From NCBI GenBank assembly GCA_037443035.1, contig JBBIPC010000010.1, positions 32,001 through 96,000 on the forward strand: DNA of 64,000 nucleotides, in the 5' to 3' direction. A program made the position numbers and the translations under genes. Position 1 is the stretch's first letter. Each line of letters begins with the position of its first letter. Source of the DNA: Chthonomonadales bacterium (GTDB lineage: Bacteria; Armatimonadota; Chthonomonadetes; Chthonomonadales; CAJBBX01). Positions 48,830 through 59,400 of this stretch are shown here, in pieces. A model generated the notes under the pieces. That model was not told the DNA's origin. It did not search any database and saw nothing but the letters and a program-made list of their open reading frames with translations.

Positions 48830-50335
48830 ATGCGTATGCATACCCATCACCACTGCGATGGCTGCCTCACACGGAGGCAGTGCCTGCGGTTCATAGGATC
48901 GGCGGCCCTTGCCACGGGTCTGGTTGGAGAGGCCCTCGAACCGGCTTCGGCTAAGACAAAGGCCGTCGCGCCAGGCGACTACGTACCCGTCGAAAGCCTA
49001 CGGCCGAAGCCTTCGGTGCGAATCACCATGGCGATCCTCCAGATGCCGCGGCCCTATTGGCTTGGCTGGCCTGGCACGACCTACGACCTCGATCGCTTCC
49101 AGGCACTCTATCGGAAACAGGCAGCGGAATCAGCCCAGAAGCTGGGCATCACGCTCGACATGGTTGCCGAGCCGGTGCAGGATGAGGCGGGATATGCGGC
49201 GCTGGTCAAGAGGGTGAAGGACCAGAAGCCAGATGCCTTGCAGGTCGTTCTTCAGCACATGAACTGCTGGGGTTGGGCGGACCGGCTTAGCCGCGACGCC
49301 GGCGTGCCGCTGCTCATCTTCTCGCCAATCGGTACATCGTTCACTGGCCATGTCATCGGCATCTCTCGGAGGCCCGGAGTCTACGTTGCTTCGACGCTCG
49401 AATGGCCAGCGGTGGAAGCTGGCTTCCGCATGGTGCGCGCCAAGAGACTGTTCGAAGAGAGTCGCATCCTCTGGATTCACGGTGCCAACTACCGTGGCGA
49501 GACGGTACTGGATCGCTTGGGCACCAAGGTTCGACAGATACCCAGGGATACGTTCAACAAGTACTTCGATACGGTACCGGTTACGGACGAGGTAAAGGAC
49601 GTCGCTGCGGAAGGCCGTCGTCGGGCGAAGAGAATTGTCGAGCCCACACCTCAGGACTCGCTGAACTCGGCAAGGGCCTACGTCACGGCCAAGCACCTTC
49701 TCCAGCAAGAGAAGGCCAACGCGCTTTCCATGGACTGCCTGGGCATGGTAGGAGCGAAGCTCGTTCCGACTCCGCCGTGCTTCGCGTGGACGCGACTGCA
49801 GGACGAAGGTATCACCGCCGGGTGCGAGGCGGATCTGTTCGGTGCTACATCCCTGATGCTCACCAGCTACCTGCTTGGTAGGCCGAGTTACATGAACGAC
49901 CCTGTGGCGGAGACATACAAGAACCTCCTGGTCACGGCCCACTGCACGAGCGGGACGAGGCTTGCCGGGTTCGACAAACCGCCGGCACCCTATATCCTCC
50001 GGAACCATTCGGAGTCGGCATTGGGCGTCTCGACCCAGGTTCTCTGGCCTGTGGGCGAACCGGTGACGCTCATCCGGTTCACGAGCCCTGGAGAGATCAT
50101 CGTGGACACGGGTAAGGTCGTCAGCAATGTCAACACCCCGCCGGCCGGCGGCTGCCGCACGTCTCTGGAGCTTGCCATGGATGACATCGAGGATTGCCGG
50201 GACGTGCTGGGATTCCACCAATGCGTAACTCTGGGCAACCACCGACACGACGTCGAGGGATTCGCCCAACTCTACGGCATGCGAATAGTCCACTCGCCGC
50301 GACAAGCTCCAGCGGCCTCGGAGGTGGGAGCATGA
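48830..50335 (+). CDS. Tat-exported L-fucose/L-arabinose isomerase-fold protein
   Basis: LTRRQCL leader with ASA site; MDC, PPC, GCEAD, MNDP, AHCT, CRT, FHQ. Confidence 0.65.
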   Translation: MRMHTHHHCDGCLTRRQCLRFIGSAALATGLVGEALEPASAKTKAVAPGDYVPVESLRPKPSVRITMAILQMPRPYWLGWPGTTYDLDRFQALYRKQAAESAQKLGITLDMVAEPVQDEAGYAALVKRVKDQKPDALQVVLQHMNCWGWADRLSRDAGVPLLIFSPIGTSFTGHVIGISRRPGVYVASTLEWPAVEAGFRMVRAKRLFEESRILWIHGANYRGETVLDRLGTKVRQIPRDTFNKYFDTVPVTDEVKDVAAEGRRRAKRIVEPTPQDSLNSARAYVTAKHLLQQEKANALSMDCLGMVGAKLVPTPPCFAWTRLQDEGITAGCEADLFGATSLMLTSYLLGRPSYMNDPVAETYKNLLVTAHCTSGTRLAGFDKPPAPYILRNHSESALGVSTQVLWPVGEPVTLIRFTSPGEIIVDTGKVVSNVNTPPAGGCRTSLELAMDDIEDCRDVLGFHQCVTLGNHRHDVEGFAQLYGMRIVHSPRQAPAASEVGA

Positions 50336-51486
50336 GGTCGCACAAGAGAGGAGTAATGGGCTTGCTCGTCGTCGGATTGCTGATAGCTCTGCCTGTCCTC
50401 CGCGCCAATGCGCAGAGCGTGGAGTTCAGCTCGCCCGCAGCACCGCCGTCGAGGATGGAAGCGGACGGGAGTATCGTCGAGGACTGGGGGCGTCTGGCGT
50501 TCGTTCTGGACGGTGAGGGCATACCCGCCACGGGGAGCGCCAAGGTCTCCTCCGTGAAGCTAGATGGGCTCATTCCAGCCGCAGCCGCCAGGACGTTGCG
50601 TGGGCCACTCGAAGTCGAGACCACTGCCTTCCGGAGCCCTACGTATCCCTCCGGCACGGATGTCGTGACGCTGCGGATCCGGAATACAAGCTCCGGCGCA
50701 GTCAGGGCACACCTCGCCGTGCCTCTGCCCGACGGCGCCCGTGTGGGACGCAGAACCGTCATGTGGGGTGGACGCGTGATTCTGACGCTGCCCATGCCCG
50801 TCGAAGCTGAGGTCCAGCTGCGGGAATGGGGATGCGACGACGACTCCACTCCCATGCCTGGGTGGGCGAGACCCGATGTAGAGTGCGATCCAGCCTTCAA
50901 GAACATCCGTGCCGGGCTCGACGGTGTGCCCATCGTCTACAAGTTCACTGTTTCTCCAGGGTCGGCCCACGACGTCGTGTTGGGCTTCTGCGAGAGCCAC
51001 TGGGAAACCGCTGGCCAGCGCCCCTTCGTCTGCGCCGTCGAAGGATCACCCTCCGTGACGCTGGATCCTCTGGCGAAGTGGGGACGACACAAGCCCGGCG
51101 CACTCTTGTTCAATGCCAAGGATGCCAACGGTGACGGCAAGCTGGTTGTCTCCGTTCTGCCCGGACCTGGTGCTCCCGATCCGAACCCGATTCTGAATGT
51201 GATTTGGATCTTCCCCCCTGGCACGAATCCGAACCTGGAACAAGTGGTGCTGGGACGGCTTAATGGGCTAGCCACACGCATGGTGGACGTGGGTGGTGCG
51301 AATGACCAATCCATCTACCTTCCGGGCAAGGTGGAGTACACGCTGACGATCCCTGCAGGGCAGGCGACAGAGCTGAGCTTTCTGGTGGGAACTGCGGGCG
51401 GGAGCGCTCCCATGCCTGGCAAGAGCGGCTGGACCCTGGAGACGCTGCGCAAGGCTGCCTACGACGTGAACCGAGACTGGAAGTAA
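50332..51486 (+). CDS. Secreted protein with malectin-like domain
   Basis: ATGA overlap; signal peptide ANA|Q; YKFTV..VVLGFCE.HW..AGQR.F. Confidence 0.6.
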   Translation: MRSHKRGVMGLLVVGLLIALPVLRANAQSVEFSSPAAPPSRMEADGSIVEDWGRLAFVLDGEGIPATGSAKVSSVKLDGLIPAAAARTLRGPLEVETTAFRSPTYPSGTDVVTLRIRNTSSGAVRAHLAVPLPDGARVGRRTVMWGGRVILTLPMPVEAEVQLREWGCDDDSTPMPGWARPDVECDPAFKNIRAGLDGVPIVYKFTVSPGSAHDVVLGFCESHWETAGQRPFVCAVEGSPSVTLDPLAKWGRHKPGALLFNAKDANGDGKLVVSVLPGPGAPDPNPILNVIWIFPPGTNPNLEQVVLGRLNGLATRMVDVGGANDQSIYLPGKVEYTLTIPAGQATELSFLVGTAGGSAPMPGKSGWTLETLRKAAYDVNRDWK

Positions 51487-51532
51487 CGATTCCTAGCTCC
51501 GCGGGGTAGCTTCTGCGCGCCTTAGGGCAAAG

Positions 51533-52276
51533 CTACCCCGCACCTCGGCGCTGGAACCGTCCTCGAAGTAGTAATCGGTACAGGAAGAGGATCCGGCCGT
51601 CCCGGGAAGCGACCTTGACCCGCGGCAGACGAAATGGGTCGCTACCAGCGTGGGCGATGCCGCTACGGACCGTAACGGCGCATTCTAGTCCGGCCTTCTT
51701 CACGATCTCCGGCGTGCGCTGGTTCAGTTTGCCGTAGGGATACGCGAAAGTCCGCACTCGCGCACCTGTGGCTCCCGAGAGTTCCTCTGCCCCGACAGCG
51801 ATCTCTTGCAGCGCCGCTTCGTCGTCGAGCTCCGCGAGGTTGGCGTGGGTCCGAGTGTGCCCGGCTATCTCCCAGCCGTCCCTGTGGAGCGAACTGAGGT
51901 CTCGAGCGTCCATGACCGCCTCCGGAGACCAGCCCTCGATCCCCGGCCAGGCGGCAGTTCCGCCTATGTACCCCGAAGGGACGAAGACAGTGGCCGGCCA
52001 ATGGCGCTCGCGCAGTATCGGAGCGGCCTCGGAGAGCACGCAGCGGAATCCGTCATCGAACGTGATGCACACCGGCTTCCGCGGCAATTCCTTGCGCCGA
52101 TGCCATCCATCCAGACAGTCGCTCAGTGTGATTCCTGTGTAGCCCAGGGCCGCTAGCATGCGTATATGAAGACGAAAGCGGGGCGTGGGAACGTTCAGTC
52201 GCCGGTCGCCGGGCAAACTCCCGATGAAGCCGACTTTGTGGTACATGAGAATGGGCACAGGTTGCCTCAGGGCCAT
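51533..52276 (-). CDS. Polysaccharide deacetylase (CE4)
   Basis: PILMYH, ITFDDG, GHTRTH, FAYPYG. Start set at MALRQ. Confidence 0.9.
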   Translation of the reverse strand: MALRQPVPILMYHKVGFIGSLPGDRRLNVPTPRFRLHIRMLAALGYTGITLSDCLDGWHRRKELPRKPVCITFDDGFRCVLSEAAPILRERHWPATVFVPSGYIGGTAAWPGIEGWSPEAVMDARDLSSLHRDGWEIAGHTRTHANLAELDDEAALQEIAVGAEELSGATGARVRTFAYPYGKLNQRTPEIVKKAGLECAVTVRSGIAHAGSDPFRLPRVKVASRDGRILFLYRLLLRGRFQRRGAG

Positions 52277-52381
52277 GCTGCAATCCGTGGTGACGTGATG
52301 GAGACAGTTTACGCGGAATCCTGGTCCAAGGAGTACGACCGCCGATTGACACCCCGAAAGAGGTTCGGTATGATGGTGCTG

Positions 52382-53752
52382 ATGAGACAGCATCGTGCCA
52401 GGATTCTCGTCGGTATAGCCGCTCTGTGTCTCATGCTCGCAACGTTGGGAAGCCACGCGCAGACCCGTGGCGGCACTTACGTTGTCATGAGCATGGAGGG
52501 GCCCATCATGCCGCCGACGCGGGACTGCTTCGAACGTGCGCTGAGCCGGGCAGTGCGGCAGAGATCGGTGCTCTTGCTGGTGGAGATGAATACGCCCGGT
52601 GGCCATGGCGAAGCTATGCGGCAGATCGCTCAGCTAATTCTCAATGCGCAAGTTCCCGTGGTGGTCTATGTCACACCCTCCGGGGCGCGGGCGGCCTCGG
52701 CGGGTGCTGTCATAGGCCTCACCGCCCACGTGCTGGCAATGGCGCCGTCAACGAATATCGGCGCGGCCCATCCTGTGCTCGCCACGGGTCAGGACATCCC
52801 CGGAGCGATGAAGGACAAGGTCATCAACGACATGTCTGCCTTCATACGCACTGTGGCGGAGCGTCGAGGCAAGAGTGTGGCATGGGCCGAGGACATCATC
52901 CGCAAGAGCGTGTCCAGCACGGAGAAGGAGGCGCTGAAGCTAGGTATCGTGGACCTCGTGGCCACGGATCGCGGCGACCTCCTCCGGAAGCTGGAGGGGA
53001 GGCGTGTCACACTCGGTGACGGTTCCAAGGTTGTCTTGCGTACCGCGAATGTGCGACCCGTCCGGGAGGATCCAACGTGGGTCGAGCGCTTGCTGCTGCT
53101 CCTCTTCGATGGGAACGTCGCTCTCATTCTCGGGGCGGTGGCGTTCTACGGGATCATCGCCGAGATCCAGAACCCCGGGTCCATATTCCCCGGCGTTGTC
53201 GGGAGCATTGCCCTGGTGCTCTCGCTATATTCCATGTCCGTGCTATCGGTGAACGCGGCGGGTGTGGCGTTGCTCATTCTCGCCGCGATTCTGTTCGTCG
53301 TGGACGTCTACGCGCCAAGCCACGGGGTATTGACTGCCGGCGGGATCACGGCGTTCGTTTTCGGCGCGCTCATGCTATTCAGGGATTCCACTACCGGAGC
53401 GAGGGTCTCTCTCGCGGTGGTAATCGCGTTGGCGCTAGTGACGGCGGGCTTCTTTGTCTTCATTGTCGGCAGCGTGATTCGCTCGCGCAGGATGCCGCCT
53501 GGCACAGGGCCGGAGTCACTCATCGGTGCTCGTGGACAGGCTCGAACAGACCTGAACCCTCGAGGCATGGTGTTCGTGGATGGCGCTCTTTGGAACGCTG
53601 TGAACAGCGATGATGCTCCGGTTCGGACAGGAGACGCCATCGTCGTGACGGGACGAGAGGGACTGGTACTGAGAGTGCGTCGTGTCGAGGAGACGCAGGC
53701 CGAGCCCGTCTACCGTGCTCGGCAGTCCTCGACGCGGGAAGGAGAGGCATAA
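52382..53752 (+). CDS. nfeD: NfeD family membrane-bound serine protease (long form)
   Basis: NTPGG, RAASAG (Ser), NIGAAHP, KVIND (Lys), TM bundle, C-terminal OB domain (GALWNA). Start 52370-52382. Confidence 0.9.
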   Translation: MRQHRARILVGIAALCLMLATLGSHAQTRGGTYVVMSMEGPIMPPTRDCFERALSRAVRQRSVLLLVEMNTPGGHGEAMRQIAQLILNAQVPVVVYVTPSGARAASAGAVIGLTAHVLAMAPSTNIGAAHPVLATGQDIPGAMKDKVINDMSAFIRTVAERRGKSVAWAEDIIRKSVSSTEKEALKLGIVDLVATDRGDLLRKLEGRRVTLGDGSKVVLRTANVRPVREDPTWVERLLLLLFDGNVALILGAVAFYGIIAEIQNPGSIFPGVVGSIALVLSLYSMSVLSVNAAGVALLILAAILFVVDVYAPSHGVLTAGGITAFVFGALMLFRDSTTGARVSLAVVIALALVTAGFFVFIVGSVIRSRRMPPGTGPESLIGARGQARTDLNPRGMVFVDGALWNAVNSDDAPVRTGDAIVVTGREGLVLRVRRVEETQAEPVYRARQSSTREGEA

Positions 53753-53753
53753 G

Positions 53754-54563
53754 ATGGCAGAGTTGCTCGGCTGGCTGCTGAACACCGTTGGAGCTGTCGG
53801 CGTCGTAGTGATCGTTCTTGCGCTCGTCTTGTTACCCGCCGCCATTCGGATTCTGCCTGCGTGGGAGCGCGCGGTCGTGTTGCGCCTGGGCAAGTTCAAT
53901 CGCGTGACGGGTCCGGGGCCCATCATCCTCATCCCCTACGTAGACCACGCTTTGCGGGTGGATACGCGGATTATGACCATGGATGTACCCCGACAGGAGA
54001 TGATGACGCGCGACAACGTACCTGTTACCGTAGATGCCATCGTCCTCTTCAAGGTTATCGAACCGCAGGCTGCGGTGCTGAATATCGAGGACTATATCCG
54101 CACGACGTCGCTCATCGCCCAGACCACGTTGCGCAGCACCATCGGCCAGATAGAGCTGGACGACTTGCTTGCCCAACGAGAGAAGGTGAACCAGCGGCTC
54201 CAGACGGTCATTGACGAACAGACCGAGCCATTCGGGGTCAAAGTCAGCACGGTGGAGGTCCGAGATGTCTCTCTGCCGGATACGATGAAGCGCGCGATGG
54301 CGGCTCAAGCAGAGAGCGAGCGCGAGCGGCGCGCCAAAGTAATCAACGCCCTGGGCGAGTTCGAGGCGGCGGAGAAGTTGACGCAAGCAGCAGCCCTCAT
54401 CGCCAGGGAGCCGGCAGCTCTCCAACTGCGCTTCCTACAGAGCGTTCGGGAGATTGCATCCGAACGGGCGACGATGACCATCCTGCCTCTGCCACTGGAC
54501 ATCATCACCCCCTTCATCGAGTACGCTCGCCGCATGGCGAAGGAAGACAAGCCGAGCGAGTAG
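53754..54563 (+). CDS. Slipin/stomatin-like SPFH (band 7) protein
   Basis: ERAVVLRLGK, TRDNV, AQTTLRS, QAESERERRAK, ALQLRFLQ. Confidence 0.93.
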   Translation: MAELLGWLLNTVGAVGVVVIVLALVLLPAAIRILPAWERAVVLRLGKFNRVTGPGPIILIPYVDHALRVDTRIMTMDVPRQEMMTRDNVPVTVDAIVLFKVIEPQAAVLNIEDYIRTTSLIAQTTLRSTIGQIELDDLLAQREKVNQRLQTVIDEQTEPFGVKVSTVEVRDVSLPDTMKRAMAAQAESERERRAKVINALGEFEAAEKLTQAAALIAREPAALQLRFLQSVREIASERATMTILPLPLDIITPFIEYARRMAKEDKPSE

Positions 54564-55103
54564 GTGCGCTGCCCTGCTTGCGATACCACGAACGATGATG
54601 GCGCAGCCATCTGCGTTGCGTGCGGTGCACCGCTCACGCCGTATGCCGCCACGGTAGTAACCGATTCCGATCCTGCACGGACCGCCGCTAAGCTAGCCGA
54701 ACTCGAGGAGCGGCCGCCTCTGACGAGCGTTGTTGCCGTGGCAGACCTGGCAGCGGCCGTTGTCGCCATCATCACGGTGATTCGTGCCTTCGCAGCAACG
54801 CCCGAACTCTCAGCGGATGCCACGAACTACATGGGGCGCACTTTCGGTGGTCTGCGTGCCGCGCTAACTGCGGGTGTTATGCTACCCATGGGCCTCGGTC
54901 TCGTCATGATGGCGTGGGGAGCCGCCACCCAGAAAGCATGGGCCTGGAGCATTCACCTCGCCGCATTCGGGCTGATCGCGCTCGTTGCCGTGGTAACCTT
55001 ACGGGCGAATCCGATCCTGTCCGTGGTAGAGCTGGGCATTGTGGGCGCGGCTGCGTGGCAGTGGCTGCAGCCGCGGGTCCGGCGTTGGTACGGACACGAG
55101 TGA
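54564..55103 (+). CDS. Zinc-ribbon membrane protein
   Basis: CPAC..N..A.ICVACG followed by about four TM helices; GTG abuts the upstream TAG. Confidence 0.75.
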   Translation: MRCPACDTTNDDGAAICVACGAPLTPYAATVVTDSDPARTAAKLAELEERPPLTSVVAVADLAAAVVAIITVIRAFAATPELSADATNYMGRTFGGLRAALTAGVMLPMGLGLVMMAWGAATQKAWAWSIHLAAFGLIALVAVVTLRANPILSVVELGIVGAAAWQWLQPRVRRWYGHE

Positions 55104-55131
55104 CACAATCGAAAGCAAGGAGATAGGTTCC

Positions 55132-56373
55132 ATGGCCGAAAGACTACGCTTCGTGCATGAGCATCTGCGAGAGGTAGCGCTCGAAGCGCTCCAGGGCTCC
55201 GACCGGGAACGACCTGCGAGTGACCCGGCTCTCGCCAAGCTAGCATCGCTGGGAACGAGGCTCTGGCTCGACACAGGTCAACTCGAGGAAGCTGCATCGC
55301 TGTGGAAGGCGGAGTTCTCGGCGCTTACAACGAACAACACGCTGGCCAACCAGGTTGTTCAGACCGGAGTGCTGGATGATGTGGCAAGGGACGCTGTCCG
55401 GCGCATCAAGGATGCTGCTCCTGGTATCTCCGAGGCTGACCTGGTCATGGAACTGGGCTTCGTTATCAACTGCCACGTTGCGCTGCGACTGGTGCGTGCA
55501 TTCGGTGCCTATGTGAGTGTGGAGCTCCATCCGAGTGTCGCCGAGAATACCGAGCGAACAGTGGAATATGCACGTCGATACTACGGGATCTGCCCGGAGC
55601 GCTTCATCATCAAGATCCCGCTGACGCCAGAAGGATACTGTGCAGTCGCGCGGGTGTGTCCTGAGGGCATCCCTGTGAACTACACGTTGGGCTTTTCGGC
55701 GCGTCAGAACTATGTTGCCGCTCTCATGTCCCATCCCACCTACGTGAACGTGTTCCTAGGACGGCTGAATGCCGTGGTTGGCGACAATGGTATGGGCGAT
55801 CCGAAGTACATTGGCGAGAAGGCAACAATGGCCACGCAGATGGCCCTCCGCGAGCTGCGCGACGCTGGCCGGACAAAGACGCTGCTGATTGCCGCCTCCA
55901 TGCGTTCGGCGTCACAGGTATGCGATCTGGCCGGCGTGGATGTCTACACGATGCCGCCTAAGGTCGCGCGGGACTTCCTGGAGGCTAAGCACGCACCGGA
56001 GACGATCGAGTCCCAGGTTGGGCGAGAGTTTCCGGTCTCGCTCGCCAGCGAGGAGGCCGCAGCAGCCGTGGAGTCGCTCTGGGCGATTCCGGATGCTACG
56101 CGGACCCTCGGCGAAGCGGTGGAAGGTCGCGGCGCTTCCATGACGGGCGACGATCTGCGGCAGGCTGACAAGGACACGGGCGCGGGGCTGTTCCATGCGT
56201 TCTCGCAGGAGGAGAAGGCCATCATCCGCGCGGATGGCAAGATCCCGGTGACGAGCAAGTGGATCGGTACCGGCATCGCACTCGACGACCTCATGACGCA
56301 GGCTGCTCTCCAGTCGTTCGCTGTCGATCAAGCCGCCCTGGACGCTCGTCTGCTTCGAATCGCCACAGCCTGA
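55132..56373 (+). CDS. Transaldolase family protein
   Basis: LWLDTG, LTTNN, VSVEL, IIKIP (Schiff-base Lys), NYTLGFS, FLGR, AAS; GGAG RBS before MAERL. Confidence 0.85.
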   Translation: MAERLRFVHEHLREVALEALQGSDRERPASDPALAKLASLGTRLWLDTGQLEEAASLWKAEFSALTTNNTLANQVVQTGVLDDVARDAVRRIKDAAPGISEADLVMELGFVINCHVALRLVRAFGAYVSVELHPSVAENTERTVEYARRYYGICPERFIIKIPLTPEGYCAVARVCPEGIPVNYTLGFSARQNYVAALMSHPTYVNVFLGRLNAVVGDNGMGDPKYIGEKATMATQMALRELRDAGRTKTLLIAASMRSASQVCDLAGVDVYTMPPKVARDFLEAKHAPETIESQVGREFPVSLASEEAAAAVESLWAIPDATRTLGEAVEGRGASMTGDDLRQADKDTGAGLFHAFSQEEKAIIRADGKIPVTSKWIGTGIALDDLMTQAALQSFAVDQAALDARLLRIATA

Positions 56374-56438
56374 GGCGGTCTACCGGTCAGAGGGCTTCTT
56401 GCGGCGACCGGTTTCGGTAGAGTCGGGAGGGACACGGC

Positions 56439-59400
56439 ATGGGGATTCTGCGGACCACGTCGCGTGCGCTCGCTGGCCTGTGGCTTTGCGCGGGTGCGCT
56501 GGCAACGACGAATGCTGCGCTCAGAATGCCACGAGGAGACGAGAGAGTGCTCTGGCAGGATGACTTCACAAGGCCGCGTGCCTATGAGCGACGTCCCGCC
56601 CACGCCTGGCCGCGTGGAGGCTGGATTCGCGCAGGTCAGGAGATGGCGATCCTTGCGCCAACCATGGCACCCATGCGCCAGGGCACTGTCGCAGCCGACA
56701 TCACCATCCAGGAGCGCACTGGCGCATCGTGGACGTGGGCGGGCGTGTCGTTCTACCTAGAGCCCGGCAACTCCTGGCAGCTCCTTCTCGTGGAGGGGCC
56801 TGACGGCAACAGGTACATGGAGTTGCTCGAGGAGCTGGACGGTACCAGGCAGGCACAATCCCTTCCGAACAGTGCTTCGTTGCTGGCGGTGGAGGAGGGT
56901 GGCGACCTCCGATCATGGCAGCCGGGACAACGCTATGTCCTAGGGCTCACATTGGGTCATGAGTCGGTCGAGGGAGTAGTGCAGGACCCTGCCACAGGCG
57001 CGCAGTGGCGTCGGCTCTACAAGCTCGATTCGCGTCGGGCGGTGCGGCAGGGACGTCCCGTCATGGTGGCGTCGGGGATTAGCGGGCAGATCCACAGCTT
57101 CAGCGTCACTGGCCCGCAGGAGCATCCGGGAGATAGCGTCGCCGTTCGCAAGGGCAAGAATGGCAGCGTCGTGATCCTGCGGGACCAGGGCGGGACTGTG
57201 GGCGACAGGCTAGGTGCTGCCTTTGCCAAGGAAGGGTTCGGCGTAACACTAGTGGCATGGGAGGACCTCCTCTCGAAGCGGTTGCCGCAGGGCCGTTTCG
57301 ACATCTTCGTGCTTGCCGATGCCCGAAGCCTTCCCGTCCAGGCAAGAGACGAAGTGGTCGGCACCCTGACAACGGGCGGCTGCGTGATGGCGATAGGAGC
57401 TCCGGCTGCCACGACGCTCGTGGCGCATACACCAGAGGGTTGGAAGGACCGCGATGGTTGGCTCCAGGTTCGCGCGCGGCACCTGGAGCGGACGCTGCTG
57501 AGAGTGCCCGCCGAAGGATGGCGAAGGACTGCTTTCAAGCAAGAGCAGTCGGCGAGTATCGCAGTGGATGCGACCGAGGGCGAAGCCTGCTGGAAGGTCA
57601 CATGCAACCTTCTTGGCTGGGATGGATGGTACGCGGAGACTGGCGACGCGTTCTCCGAGGAGCGACGGCTGCTCGTCTTCGAGGGAAGGGGCGACTCGAC
57701 TACTACAGATCTGGCAGTCGAGTGTGTGGAGGGCGATGGATCCCGCTGGATCGCCACAGTGCCGCTGAGCACAGCGTGGCGCTGGCACATTCTGACCCCG
57801 GCCGATTTCGCGTACTGGCCAGACTCTCCGACCAAGAACCGCGGCCACCCTGGCGACAAGCTACGTCCGGAGCATATCACCAGGCTCAGCTTCGCACTGT
57901 CGGGAAGTCATACACCGCGTGTGAAGCCAGGCCCTCACACCTACTGGATTCGGAACATCTCGACGGCCAGGGATGAAACATCCGAGGTGCCAGATTTCAG
58001 GATAACGGATGTCGAAGGGCTCTGGCCGGGCTACAAGCTCTACGCCATGGACAAGGTGGCCTTCCTGCGAACGGCCGCGGAACAGGAAATCCTGCCGCGC
58101 GGCGACCGGCGGCCCTGGAAGCATACCGCGTGCTCTCCGGTGTGGCGAGAGCGCGGTCGGGGCTTCCGCCGCGGTCGGGCCTGGCGATGGATACCGATTG
58201 TCGAGGCATACGACAGCGCTGGGACGAAGCGGGGAGCCGTCGTCTCGCTAATGGTGGGTGACGCGGTGTTTCCCAATGCCATGTGGGCTAATGTTTCCGT
58301 AGCGAGTCCGTCCGAAGCTCTAGGCCCCCAGGTCCTGCCTGCCGTACTGGCGACTGCCAAGGCGATGAAACGCGGCCTGTTCCTGCTGGAAGGTGGTGCA
58401 GAGTACTTCTCTTACAGGCGTGGGGAGCCGATGGTCCTCGGCGCCAAGGTACTGAACGCCAGCAACCAGCCAAGAAAGGCAGATGTGCACATCACCATCA
58501 GGGGTCCCAGCGGGTCGGTATTGTTCGAGGCACGGCGAACCCTGGTATTGCCACCCCGTGCAGCCATCGAAACCGAGTGGACAACTTCGGCCAAGAACCT
58601 GGATCCCAAGGGGCAGATTGTAAGAACGGTGTTGTACGAAGCTGCCACGCCGATCGACCGCATCGAGCACCGGATAGACGTTCTGCGCGACACGCCGGCG
58701 CGCCCCGAGGAGTTCGTCCGTGTCGAAGGGAGCATGTTCACCCTCGGAGGCAAGCCCTGGTATTTCCAGGGCATCAACTATTGGCCCACTTGGATGGCCG
58801 GGTACCCCAACCTCAACCAGCGCAGCCGCGAGTGTTACGATCCTGAGATCATCGAACGGGACCTGGCATGGCTTCAGGCTGTCGGCGTCAACGTCGTCAG
58901 CGCTATTGCCGCGATTCCGCCGCCCGACCCTGATGACGCGAAGGGGTACCGGGACCAACTGGATTTCGTCGAGCGCTGCCTGCGGCATGGCATCCGGTGC
59001 TACTTCACAGTTCCCAACGGGCGCGCCTATGCCGGCGCAGACTTCTCTCGCATCAAGGACTTCATCGAGAAGGCTGGACTCAGGAACCACCCAGGGATCA
59101 TGTGCTGGGAGCTGGCATGGGAACCCATCGAGGGAGCTTGGGGGCACGACTTGGAGAAGTTCGGTGCAGATTGGAACCGTTGGATAATCGAACAATACGG
59201 TTCCGTGGACCATGCCGTTGGCGATTGGGGCTTCGATCCCCGGACTGCATCCGACCGACCCGTACCTGTTCCTACGTGGGTCCAGTGCACGACATCTGGG
59301 CCGTGGAATGGCTTCGTCGCAGCGTTCGCCCGGGCCTTCAGCGATCTGATCAGTCGTGAGTATGGCAAGGTTGCACGCCAGCTCCGAGCCTGGGACCCCA

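Noticed and set aside
52166..52606. Apparent overlap of the deacetylase and nfeD ORFs on opposite strands
   Set aside because: Disappears with realistic starts (52276 minus, about 52382 plus), leaving a normal divergent intergenic region.
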